From the IMG/VR virus record IMGVR_UViG_3300029793_000467: 64,000 bases of DNA; one strand, given 5' to 3'. Source of the DNA: a virus. Of this stretch, positions 26,858 through 35,261 are shown piece by piece. The notes beneath the pieces were generated by a model. It had not been told where the DNA came from and ran no database searches. It worked only from the letters and a program-made list of their open reading frames with translations. The first letter of the stretch is position 1. Every line of letters starts with the position of its first letter. The translations under genes and the position numbers were made by a program.

Positions 26858-28621
26858 TCAGATTGCGTCCGGGAACTGTTCGTTCGGAGAGAATTTGAGG
26901 AGTTTCACAGTCGCTCCCTCACGCCATTTGTTCCACGCTTTGATGGTGATTCCGACGATGCGTCGGCGGGTTGGACGGTCGCTGTGCGCTCCACGCTTAT
27001 TGATATCGAACAGCGTGTTGCGGAGTACGAGAATGGGGCTTCCCTCGTCAAGGTTAGCGCCGGAGGCGAGCATGTCGAAGAACCGTTCGCACGCCTCACC
27101 GTCGATTTCGTTGAACGTCCAGTAGAGGAGCGCGGCCATGCTGGTGGACATGAGATGATTGCTTTTCGTGTAGAACGTGCTGGCCTGTCGTAGCGTATCC
27201 TCCAATTGCGGAGTGCTTTCGATGAACGTCAGCAGTTCATTTCGGGTCGGTGACATGTTGTTGACGCATGCGGCTTCCACACCCAACTGTTCGCTCAGAT
27301 AGATGGAACGGGCCACGGTGGAAAGCTGTTTGGCGTTGTTACGGCCTTTCAGTTCGAGCACGTTAGCCATGGTGCGGACCTTGCCCGCATCCATGGTCTC
27401 CTGCGTGTCTTCGGGCAGTCCGCGAATGACCAGAGTGCGGAACGGAACACCGGATTCGACGCATGCGAGGAGCCTGTGCTGTCCGTCCAACAAGCGTCCC
27501 GTGTTGCTGAATTTGATGGCTTCGCCGTTCATTTTCCAAGCCTTCTGCGCCATGGTTCGGGCGAACAGTTCGACCTGTGTGCGGCTCACGTTGCGGTTGT
27601 TGGTGTTCACGCCGAGCATTTCCTTGGCAACGTCCGGTGTGATGGTTTCGACCCGTCCGGTGATGCTGTCCCAATCGTATTCGTCGGTTTCACTGGCGTA
27701 GGATGGCGTGGCCTTGGGTGCTGGCTCTTCCGGTTTCAAATGGATGAGCAACGTGGTTTTCGGAGCGCCGGAATGCCGTCTGATTTCGGTTTTCGGTGGT
27801 TTCACTTCGACCGTCTCGTACTGTTCGGATTCCTCGACCTGATTCATGGCGAACGCGAACGCGGTCATGGTGAACGCGAGCATGAACCTGTCCACGCTTC
27901 GTTTCGGAGGGAACTGTTTCATTCCGTCGATGATGCGGGTGGCGTCCGAATGGGTGATGTATGGGCAGTGGTTCACAACCGTGTCCAGTCCGCCCTCGTA
28001 TTCCTTATGGGTGAGGAAGACGAATGGTGCGAGGGGAGTACGCGCCTGTGCCATTCCCTTGAAGCATTGGCCGACCTCATTGTAGATTTCACCAACCTGA
28101 CGGTAACGTGAAACAGTGTCGATGCCGTACTCGTCCACGGGGTTCGTGTACTCGTATTCGTTGTTTTTGAAGATGCGTTCGTTGTATCGGCTGGCCTCAC
28201 GCATTCCGGAGCAACGTCCGAAACCGAGCGTGGTTCCGCTGCTTTTCGTACCGTCAGTCCGTTTCAGATTGTCTTTGCTCAGCCAGTAGGCTTCCATATC
28301 CGCGATGAATGTTTTCGCCGCGACTTTCTTGGTGAGGTTCCGTCCGGTCATACGGGCGAAGTATTCTCCTTCGACGCCGGTGAGGACTGGCAGTCCGGTT
28401 CCGACGAACAGATTATCAGGCAGTAGGCCGTACCATTCGGGGTTGATTTCATGGTCGCTCATGTAGGAGAGAATCCGTCCCACGCTGTCACGGTCGATGA
28501 ACACTGTCCGCGCGTTGGCGAATGAGTCAACGTCGAGATTCAACGCCTTGCATGTCGGGAGGAGGTCTTTCTGAATCATGGTCATGAACCGTGGTTCGGT
28601 TTTGATGTCTTTGTTAGGCAT
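26858..28621 (-). CDS. ParB-like nuclease-domain protein (587 aa)
   Basis: The ParB/Srx-type motif DGQHRLLA lies in the C-terminal half, and the protein has a large N-terminal extension. GAAGGAAGG RBS. Confidence 0.5.
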   Translation of the reverse strand: MPNKDIKTEPRFMTMIQKDLLPTCKALNLDVDSFANARTVFIDRDSVGRILSYMSDHEINPEWYGLLPDNLFVGTGLPVLTGVEGEYFARMTGRNLTKKVAAKTFIADMEAYWLSKDNLKRTDGTKSSGTTLGFGRCSGMREASRYNERIFKNNEYEYTNPVDEYGIDTVSRYRQVGEIYNEVGQCFKGMAQARTPLAPFVFLTHKEYEGGLDTVVNHCPYITHSDATRIIDGMKQFPPKRSVDRFMLAFTMTAFAFAMNQVEESEQYETVEVKPPKTEIRRHSGAPKTTLLIHLKPEEPAPKATPSYASETDEYDWDSITGRVETITPDVAKEMLGVNTNNRNVSRTQVELFARTMAQKAWKMNGEAIKFSNTGRLLDGQHRLLACVESGVPFRTLVIRGLPEDTQETMDAGKVRTMANVLELKGRNNAKQLSTVARSIYLSEQLGVEAACVNNMSPTRNELLTFIESTPQLEDTLRQASTFYTKSNHLMSTSMAALLYWTFNEIDGEACERFFDMLASGANLDEGSPILVLRNTLFDINKRGAHSDRPTRRRIVGITIKAWNKWREGATVKLLKFSPNEQFPDAI

Positions 28622-29165
28622 GGTTTCCTTCCTTCAATCGTTTCAGCATCCGGTAGGTTTTGGGGGCGCAACCGGATGGATTGTGTTCCTCTTTCCGATA
28701 CTGTTTTTCGAGTTCGCTCCAATGGTCGATGATGGTTTTCCAATCGTCCGACACGTCGCGCATGAGACTCAGATAGGCACGTGCGACTGGCACCATGTCG
28801 AACATTCCGAGTATCCGACGTAGGTCTCCGGGGTCTTTCGGAGTGTCCTCGCAACCATGTTCGCGCGTGCCGTTCACGGTCATTGTGATTCCGGTGAGCC
28901 GTTGGACGATGGCGAGCGAGCTGAGGCCCACGTCACCGTTGGCGAACCATGCGGCGAACAGTTCCAACGGAAGTCTGGGACTGTCCGTCATGCCGTCGGA
29001 GGCTGGGTTGAGGTTGGCAACGAGCCTGTTCTTCGGAACGTCCGCGATGATGTCCGGCTGGGTTTCGGAGTCTGGTATTCGACCGTAGACGAGATGGTTG
29101 TTGACGAGTATGGACGGTTGTCGGCCACCATATACGCCGATGGTGCAAACGGTGTCTTCGACCAT
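28614..29165 (-). CDS. hypothetical protein (183 aa)
   Basis: ORF coupled to neighbouring genes in the operon. Confidence 0.45.
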   Translation of the reverse strand: MVEDTVCTIGVYGGRQPSILVNNHLVYGRIPDSETQPDIIADVPKNRLVANLNPASDGMTDSPRLPLELFAAWFANGDVGLSSLAIVQRLTGITMTVNGTREHGCEDTPKDPGDLRRILGMFDMVPVARAYLSLMRDVSDDWKTIIDHWSELEKQYRKEEHNPSGCAPKTYRMLKRLKEGNHA

Positions 29166-29168
29166 GGT

Positions 29169-29393
29169 TCACGCTTCCATCCAGTGGATGCTTTCGTTGA
29201 GGAAGTCTCTGATTTTGCGGAGGGTTTCTATATCGTTGACGACGACGCTGGTCGCGGTGTCGCTGTCGGTGATGGTGAACATGAGTTCCTTGCCGAAGCT
29301 GGGGGATTGGAGGATTGTGAGCTTGTTGGTTCCCTCGTTGCCGACGATTTGGAGTGCGGATGTGTTGCCGTTGTCGTATTTGGTTGCGCTCAT
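29169..29393 (-). CDS. hypothetical protein (74 aa)
   Basis: First gene of the minus-strand operon, adjacent to the divergent control region. Confidence 0.4.
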   Translation of the reverse strand: MSATKYDNGNTSALQIVGNEGTNKLTILQSPSFGKELMFTITDSDTATSVVVNDIETLRKIRDFLNESIHWMEA

Positions 29394-29520
29394 TGTTTCT
29401 GTGGTCTTTTCCGTTCCTGTGGAATGTTTTGTGTGGGCGAGGTCAGCTTAACACACTAGGTGGGGGTATGCAAGCGTTCGGGGATTCGCGGTCGGATGAT
29501 TTGCGTTCGACCATACCCTT

Positions 29521-29550
29521 TGTTATACTGGAATCGTCCACAAAAAAGGG
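29521..29550 (+). promoter_or_regulatory. conserved promoter element
   Basis: TTGCGT, an 18-nt spacer, then TGTTATACTGGAATCGTCCACA. Confidence 0.55.
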
Positions 29551-29595
29551 AGTCGCACACCTCCCCAACACGCCAGAACAAAAAGAAGAAACCAT

Positions 29596-29770
29596 GAGCA
29601 AACAGACGGAAAACAACATCAACCTGACACTGACACTCATCACAATCGTCAGCGCATTCCTCATGTGGAGACAGGATTACGGCCACGTGGTAATGGCAAT
29701 CACCAGCATCACATTCCTACTCAGCTCCACCGCACTGTTCGCTCACTTCATCAAGAAACTCGACGCCTAA
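29596..29770 (+). CDS. small membrane protein (58 aa, 2 TM)
   Basis: Promoter element 29521-29550, with a TTGCGT -35 region. Confidence 0.45.
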
Positions 29771-29840
29771 AAACAAAAAAGGAATGCCCCAGCCCGAACG
29801 GACTGGGGCATAGGCATGTTCGCAAGAACGAAGGAAACCA

Positions 29841-30221
29841 ATGGACGATAAAAACAACACCGAACGAGAGCCGAGAACCGAAGTGGAACGACTCCTGTTC
29901 AAGAACGAACGCATGCAGGACGCGCTGCTCGACCTCAAGGACACCATGAGCAGAATGATTGGCGAAGGCCGACTGCCAAACGACGACGAGGTACACCAAT
30001 GGTTTGAGGGAATCGACCGCAAACTCGAACACGAGGCCGCTGATCGTGAGGTGTTGCTGTTCAACCATGGGGCCATGACCACAGTGCTCCCGAAGTCCAC
30101 TGAACGATACCAACCCGACCTTCAAGTCCGATATCAGGAAATTCTCACCACATGCAACAAAGCGTATGCGGACGCCGACTACAAATATTGGATTGGCCGT
30201 TTCCAACAGGCCGGACTCTGA
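29841..30221 (+). CDS. hypothetical protein (126 aa)
   Basis: ORF. Confidence 0.45.
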   Translation: MDDKNNTEREPRTEVERLLFKNERMQDALLDLKDTMSRMIGEGRLPNDDEVHQWFEGIDRKLEHEAADREVLLFNHGAMTTVLPKSTERYQPDLQVRYQEILTTCNKAYADADYKYWIGRFQQAGL

Positions 30222-30280
30222 CCTGAAAAACGCAATCCGAGCACAGTGGACAACACTGAAAGGAGTATTCGGACAGGACA

Positions 30281-30622
30281 ATGCCGGAAACCATACAGAC
30301 ATACCATCCAACGTTCGAGAAGGCCAAGAAGCTCTTCAATCTGCGTAAAAGATTGTGGGAGATAGCCGACGGTAAAAGCGACGGAACAATCTCATATGAG
30401 GAGGCGAACCATCTCGCCGTGGACGCGGTGGCGACCGCCAACGGAGGAATGCCACGCGCCACGAGCGGCCCCATGGTAAGACTCTGCAAGCTTTGCACCA
30501 ACGGTTGGATTCGTGAAGCGGCAAACGAGATGGGCTTGGTTTACCCGGACTTGGACAGCCCGGAACGGTGGGGCAAACATCGAGACCATAGCCGTAAAAA
30601 GGAAAGGAAGGCAACGGTTTGA
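30281..30622 (+). CDS. hypothetical protein, 'C..C.NGWIREA' paralog A
   Basis: Shares LCKLCTNGWIREAANEMGLVYPDLDSPERW with the next gene. Confidence 0.45.
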   Translation: MPETIQTYHPTFEKAKKLFNLRKRLWEIADGKSDGTISYEEANHLAVDAVATANGGMPRATSGPMVRLCKLCTNGWIREAANEMGLVYPDLDSPERWGKHRDHSRKKERKATV

Positions 30623-30960
30623 GCGGCAACGGATTCGGCAAGGAAGACATAAGCAGAACAGCCATTCCGGCACGCCCATACGCCAAGGATATGGCTACCA
30701 TCAACCGTCTGATAGCAAGGTTGCAAACCATTTCGGACGATAAGGCCAAAGGGAAAATCACATTCCAACAGGCGAACAAGAAGGCTGTGGAAGCAATCCA
30801 CAAGGCACGGAACACCAAGTCGAAGTCCCTGCAACGCAAGCCATTAGATTATTTAGAACGTATCTGCGAGAACGGTTGGATTCGGGAAGCTGTGCGAAAG
30901 ATTCCCGAACTGTACCCGTATCTCGACCATCCAGATTTGTGGCTTCGTAAAGGCGCCTGA
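30619..30960 (+). CDS. hypothetical protein, 'NGWIREA' paralog B
   Basis: LERICENGWIREAVRKIPELYPYLDHPDLW. ATGA-coupled to paralog A. Confidence 0.45.
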   Translation: MSGNGFGKEDISRTAIPARPYAKDMATINRLIARLQTISDDKAKGKITFQQANKKAVEAIHKARNTKSKSLQRKPLDYLERICENGWIREAVRKIPELYPYLDHPDLWLRKGA

Positions 30961-31190
30961 TGTATTCCAAAGAGCAGATATGTTGCATGGTTTCTCTCAT
31001 AATATTGTCGGCGTTGAGCTTGACCGCGCTGGTGCATTACGCTCGACTGTCGATAGGAAGAATGAGTCGGATGCCTGACGAGAAATCCCGTTCAGACCTG
31101 TTCAACTATCGGCTGATGACCGTCGTGTCACTGCTGGTGTTGTCGGTTTCGGTGGGTTCCATCATCGTCTACGGTTCCTCTCTCAAATAG
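30960..31190 (+). CDS. small membrane protein (76 aa, 2 TM)
   Basis: Hydrophobic ORF. Confidence 0.4.
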   Translation: MYSKEQICCMVSLIILSALSLTALVHYARLSIGRMSRMPDEKSRSDLFNYRLMTVVSLLVLSVSVGSIIVYGSSLK

Positions 31191-31234
31191 ATTGGATTGG
31201 AAGACTGCCGTATTTATACTTCCTTCTACTTCTC
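31191..31234 (+). repeat. second conserved ~40-bp element, copy 3 (plus orientation, upstream of AAA+ ATPase gene)
   Basis: ATTGGATTGGAAGACTGCCGTATTTATACTTCCTTCTACTTCTC. Confidence 0.55.
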
Positions 31235-31292
31235 AAACATTGACCATAACGTTTATTGACAAGAATCATTTTCAGAAAGCAGGAAGGTCAGT

Positions 31293-32249
31293 ATGTTAAA
31301 CAGCACGGAAATGCTTCGACTGGTCAGAGCCGCATGCAACGGAGACCATTTGAAACTGTCCCAGCAAATCGACTTGCTGGCCGACTCGGTGGAGAAAGCC
31401 AAGCCGACCGCTTACACCACGAATCTACGTCGGCTGGCGGAGTCGGAACGAGAGAAGGGACTGGCTGTCAATGCGAGTCTGGCACCGGTTGACGGGTTGA
31501 CCGAACCGTTGCTCCCACCGGACGGTACTCATAAGCCTGTGTGGGATAAGACCGTGCGGGAACTGTTGGACGGACTGGTTGCCGAGTATAAGAAACTGGA
31601 TGTTCTGACAGCGCATAATCTCGCTCCCCGTAATCGAATCATACTCACTGGAGCGCCCGGCACGGGTAAGACCACCTTTGCTTCCATCCTGTCGAAGAGG
31701 CTTGGACTGGACGGTGTTATTCTTCGTGCAGACCGTGTTATCAGCAGTCAGCTCGGCAAGACGTTAACCAATATCGCCTTGGTGTTCGACCGGCTCCACA
31801 TGGAACGAAAGCTCCTGTTCATAGACGAATGCGACATGCTTCTTGCCCGACGCGACAACTCCCATGACGTTGCCGAAATGCGTCGAGCCACCAATCTCGT
31901 ACTCCAGAAAATCGACACGCTACCAGATGATTGCATTCTCGTCTGCGCCACCAACATGAGCAGTCTTATAGACCGTGCCGCATGGCGTAGGTTCGACGTC
32001 CGGGTTCATATGACACTACCGGACAAGGCGACTTCAAGACTTATCATCATGCACCGACTCAAGGAGTTGAACATCCAAGCCGACGGTCAACCGCTCGACA
32101 TCGACATAGAAGATGTTAGTCCGGCCCTGCTTGTCCAAACCGTGGACAATCTGGCCCGCAAGACTTTGATTTCCGGTTCGGAAACCATTCCGACCGACCT
32201 GTTCGTCAATGCTTTCAACTCTCTGAAGATGGAGGTTCCCAACCAGTGA
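31293..32249 (+). CDS. AAA+ family ATPase
   Basis: Walker A GAPGTGKTT, Walker B LLFIDECD and sensor-1 LVCATN. Confidence 0.75.
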   Translation: MLNSTEMLRLVRAACNGDHLKLSQQIDLLADSVEKAKPTAYTTNLRRLAESEREKGLAVNASLAPVDGLTEPLLPPDGTHKPVWDKTVRELLDGLVAEYKKLDVLTAHNLAPRNRIILTGAPGTGKTTFASILSKRLGLDGVILRADRVISSQLGKTLTNIALVFDRLHMERKLLFIDECDMLLARRDNSHDVAEMRRATNLVLQKIDTLPDDCILVCATNMSSLIDRAAWRRFDVRVHMTLPDKATSRLIIMHRLKELNIQADGQPLDIDIEDVSPALLVQTVDNLARKTLISGSETIPTDLFVNAFNSLKMEVPNQ

Positions 32250-32512
32250 ACCGTGACGGATACAAGTTCGATATCAATGTCCGCAGAAACGGTTTCATGT
32301 CATATCTGTGGAGCGCCGAAGTGGAAGATGAAGGATTCTTCACTCCCATTGCGAACGGTACTGCCCACACTCTCAACGGCGGCAAGAAAGCCGCTATGAA
32401 ACAAGCGAGAAAGTGGGCGCAACACCAGCTCGCCCACCCCAGTGAAAAGGAAAGGTGGGCGGAATGTACGACGATGAGCAACACCAAAACCAGACACCGG
32501 CGAAGTCACTGA
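32246..32512 (+). CDS. hypothetical protein (88 aa)
   Basis: Translationally coupled to the ATPase gene. Confidence 0.4.
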   Translation: MNRDGYKFDINVRRNGFMSYLWSAEVEDEGFFTPIANGTAHTLNGGKKAAMKQARKWAQHQLAHPSEKERWAECTTMSNTKTRHRRSH

Positions 32513-32763
32513 AACGTTCCGGAAGGCAACCGAAACTATCCGACGTCGTCATGCTCGACCGGGGTTGTCAACTGTGGATTCGTGAAGCCCGTAAAGGGAA
32601 CATCACTGACACGTCGAAGACCTTGGAGAAGATTCGATACCAGCTTCGATTGGAACGTCGTGTGGCCGGACAATCCGGCTCTGGACTTCGTAGACCTGTG
32701 GGTAGGGATAAAAAACCCGATACGGATGGGAACGGTTCAAAGCCGGATAGGAAAGACTTATAA
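32455..32763 (+). CDS. hypothetical basic protein with GCQLWIREA motif
   Basis: Overlapping ORF that shares the WIREA word with the 30281/30619 paralogs. Confidence 0.3.
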   Translation: MGGMYDDEQHQNQTPAKSLKRSGRQPKLSDVVMLDRGCQLWIREARKGNITDTSKTLEKIRYQLRLERRVAGQSGSGLRRPVGRDKKPDTDGNGSKPDRKDL

Positions 32764-32770
32764 CCTATAA

Positions 32771-32810
32771 AGGTGCCGGTTGACGATGCTGTCAACCGGC
32801 ACCTTTTGGT
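32771..32810 (+). terminator. rho-independent terminator
   Basis: Perfect 15-bp inverted repeat AGGTGCCGGTTGACA/TGTCAACCGGCACCT followed by TTTTGG. Confidence 0.65.
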
Positions 32811-32887
32811 ATCCGACCTCACAATACTGGGGGTATCATTGTGTTATCGACGGAACCACACGCCCGTCATTTTTATAAGGAGACACA

Positions 32888-33652
32888 ATGAACGAAGGAA
32901 CCTATGGGCTGGAGACCCTGAAAGCCGACTATCATACGATACTCGGCTACGATATCGGCTATCTCACCGCGGAATCCTATCCGCTGTTCGCACCCTATCG
33001 TGCGAAAACCAAGAACAGTTTCTCCGGTAGAGTACCGAGACTGTTAAGCATAATCATCACCACTCTCATCAACACGCCAAGCCGCGAATGGGATGCGGAA
33101 ACCCGCACGCTCACCATCGGTGACGACTTCTTCTTCCTCGCCAACAAATGCGGGTTGAACAGTGGAGGAGACGGACGCACTACCGTCCGGAACCAGCTTC
33201 TCATGCTCTCGTCAATCCAGTTCACCGGAGCAGACGGAGTCAAAGTCACGCCGGTCGAACACACCGAAATCACCGCCGACAGTCTCACTATCGAGCATCG
33301 GAAAATCACGTTCACGGAACCGTTCGTAAAAATGATGACAAGGAACGTCCGGCAGATGCCGTTGAAGTGTCTGTACCCCAACGCGGGTAGCGCCATAGCG
33401 ATAGACCTGCTCGTATTGGCGGCATTGTATTGTCCGAACGACCATAGGCTCATCATCGAACGGGCAGACCTTCCATCACTGCTTCCAGCAAGCAGGCAAA
33501 GCCTCTCCAAGCAGAATCTTCTAAATAGATTCAAGGAGTTAAACGACAGACAGAACGAGTGGACGTATCGTATAACGAAATACAGCGTGACCATCAGCCC
33601 GTTCGGAGTGTACTCGTCCGAAGACGCTTTGAGATTACGTCGCAGACAATAG
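32888..33652 (+). CDS. hypothetical protein, possible winged-helix DNA-binding / replication-initiator-like
   Basis: 254 aa with an AAGGAG RBS. There is only a weak resemblance to plasmid Rep/RepA-type proteins. Confidence 0.35.
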   Translation: MNEGTYGLETLKADYHTILGYDIGYLTAESYPLFAPYRAKTKNSFSGRVPRLLSIIITTLINTPSREWDAETRTLTIGDDFFFLANKCGLNSGGDGRTTVRNQLLMLSSIQFTGADGVKVTPVEHTEITADSLTIEHRKITFTEPFVKMMTRNVRQMPLKCLYPNAGSAIAIDLLVLAALYCPNDHRLIIERADLPSLLPASRQSLSKQNLLNRFKELNDRQNEWTYRITKYSVTISPFGVYSSEDALRLRRRQ

Positions 33653-33718
33653 TTCGAGTATGAACAGAGGGGAGCCGACCGTAAGGACGACTCCCCTCAA
33701 TGATGTCGGAATGGGAAC

Positions 33719-34441
33719 TCAGATTTTCAGCTCATCGATAACGGAAAGGTCAACACCGTCACCCCAATTATCGACAATCTTGCTCAGGTTCTTACGCATT
33801 CCGGCAGGAGACTGGTCGTCAACCGGACGGCCGAAATTCTTCTCCGGCGCGACCGCGTTCAGCACGGAGAACAGCAGGTTGGTCATATCCTTGCCCTGCG
33901 CGAACACCAACGTCACCTCTGCGGCAATCATGCCCGGCTCGGCTGTAGCCAACCCTTCCAACGCGGACGCGAACTCGGAGATTCGACGTTGGTTCTTCGG
34001 CTCGGTCAATGCGTCCAGCACTGCTTCCGGAGTGCTCTTCTTCGTATCGGTCAACGCCTTGGCGAGAGAAACCACACGCTCGTCATCCAACGATTTGACA
34101 AGAGGAATCAGCTTCTTGCCGAACTGTTCCTCGATGTGCGGCATGGTCTTCTCACGCGGTTTGCGGTTGGAACGGCCCTTACCTTTCCCCTTCGGCTTGT
34201 CTTCGGTTTCAGTGGACTCAGCGTCCACGTTCATGTCCTCACCATCAGCCGGTGCGGACACGTCAGCGACAGGCTCCGAACTCTCCTGATTAAGAGAATC
34301 GGATTCCGTCTGCGACTCCTCGACAGAAGACTGCTCCGGTTCAGCATAATTGTCGGAACCGTAACCATTGTCCTGCTCCGACTGCTGGTTGTTGTTGAAT
34401 CCCCAATTGGTGAAGTCTGGCATCATACCTTCTTTCGTCAT
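33719..34441 (-). CDS. hypothetical protein with acidic N-terminus and KGKGKGR basic patch
   Basis: 240 aa, and the only minus-strand gene in this plus-strand block. Confidence 0.45.
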   Translation of the reverse strand: MTKEGMMPDFTNWGFNNNQQSEQDNGYGSDNYAEPEQSSVEESQTESDSLNQESSEPVADVSAPADGEDMNVDAESTETEDKPKGKGKGRSNRKPREKTMPHIEEQFGKKLIPLVKSLDDERVVSLAKALTDTKKSTPEAVLDALTEPKNQRRISEFASALEGLATAEPGMIAAEVTLVFAQGKDMTNLLFSVLNAVAPEKNFGRPVDDQSPAGMRKNLSKIVDNWGDGVDLSVIDELKI

Positions 34442-34594
34442 ATCCAGAGAACACTCCGGTCGTACAGGCTGTTAACAGTCGGAACGAGGTGTTCTGTATT
34501 TTCAATTCACGAGTGTAACGCCCGACGGCATCCCTAAACGAGGAAAACGGGAAAAAACAATTCCCCGCGCCGCCCGCGCCGGTAGGCCAACATG

Positions 34595-35255
34595 AATAGC
34601 GGATTCAAAAAAAGAAAAGAGGACCAAAACCAAAAAGACAAAAAGATAGAAAACACTCCCCACCAAAAATCAGAAAACAAACACCATCACATCAAAAAGA
34701 AGAACCAAGAAAACCAGAAAGAAAAAAGAAAAAGAAGAACATAAGAGAAATAAGAGAAGACATCCTAAGCAAATAGAAGCAACAGAAGAACAGGACAACA
34801 CCCAGCAACATAATCAGGAAAAGAACAACAGAGAAAAGGACAACAGAAGAAGAAACGCCTACCCCTAAATCGGGAATACAACGTATGAAAACAACAGAGG
34901 CAACGCAACCATCCACAAAAGAACAGCACATCAACCCATATGACATACAGAACAGAAGAACGACATCACCAAACACCCTAAGAAACAAGAAAAGCAACAA
35001 GCCACACCATCACAAGACAAACCGAACATCAGTATCAACACGACGGCACACAACAACCACAGCACAAAACGACAACAGCGAAAAGGTCAATAGTCTCACT
35101 AACAAGGTCAACGACAATCAAAACAAGGTAACATCAATACAGGAACAGCCAATGCAATGAAAAAAAGCAACAGCAGAACCAACAAAAAAACTAAATATCA
35201 AAAAACTATAAATGCCAGAACTCGGACAAAACCGTAAACGTTCCGATGAAAACAA
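34595..35255. other. ~660-bp extremely A-rich, T-depleted non-coding tract
   Basis: The plus strand is almost devoid of T (A >> C > G >> T). Both strands yield only low-complexity ORFs. The tract lies between convergent genes. Confidence 0.6.
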
Positions 35256-35261
35256 CGGAAC

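Noticed and set aside
32821-32855. Weak promoter-element-like sequence ACAATACTGGGGGTATCATTGTG upstream of 32888
   Set aside because: It matches only the GG..T..T core. Too degenerate to count as a copy.
34692-35160. ORFs in the A-rich tract (a poly-hydrophobic protein on minus, a basic low-complexity protein on plus)
   Set aside because: Their composition is an artefact of translating homopurine/homopyrimidine DNA. No RBS or start context.
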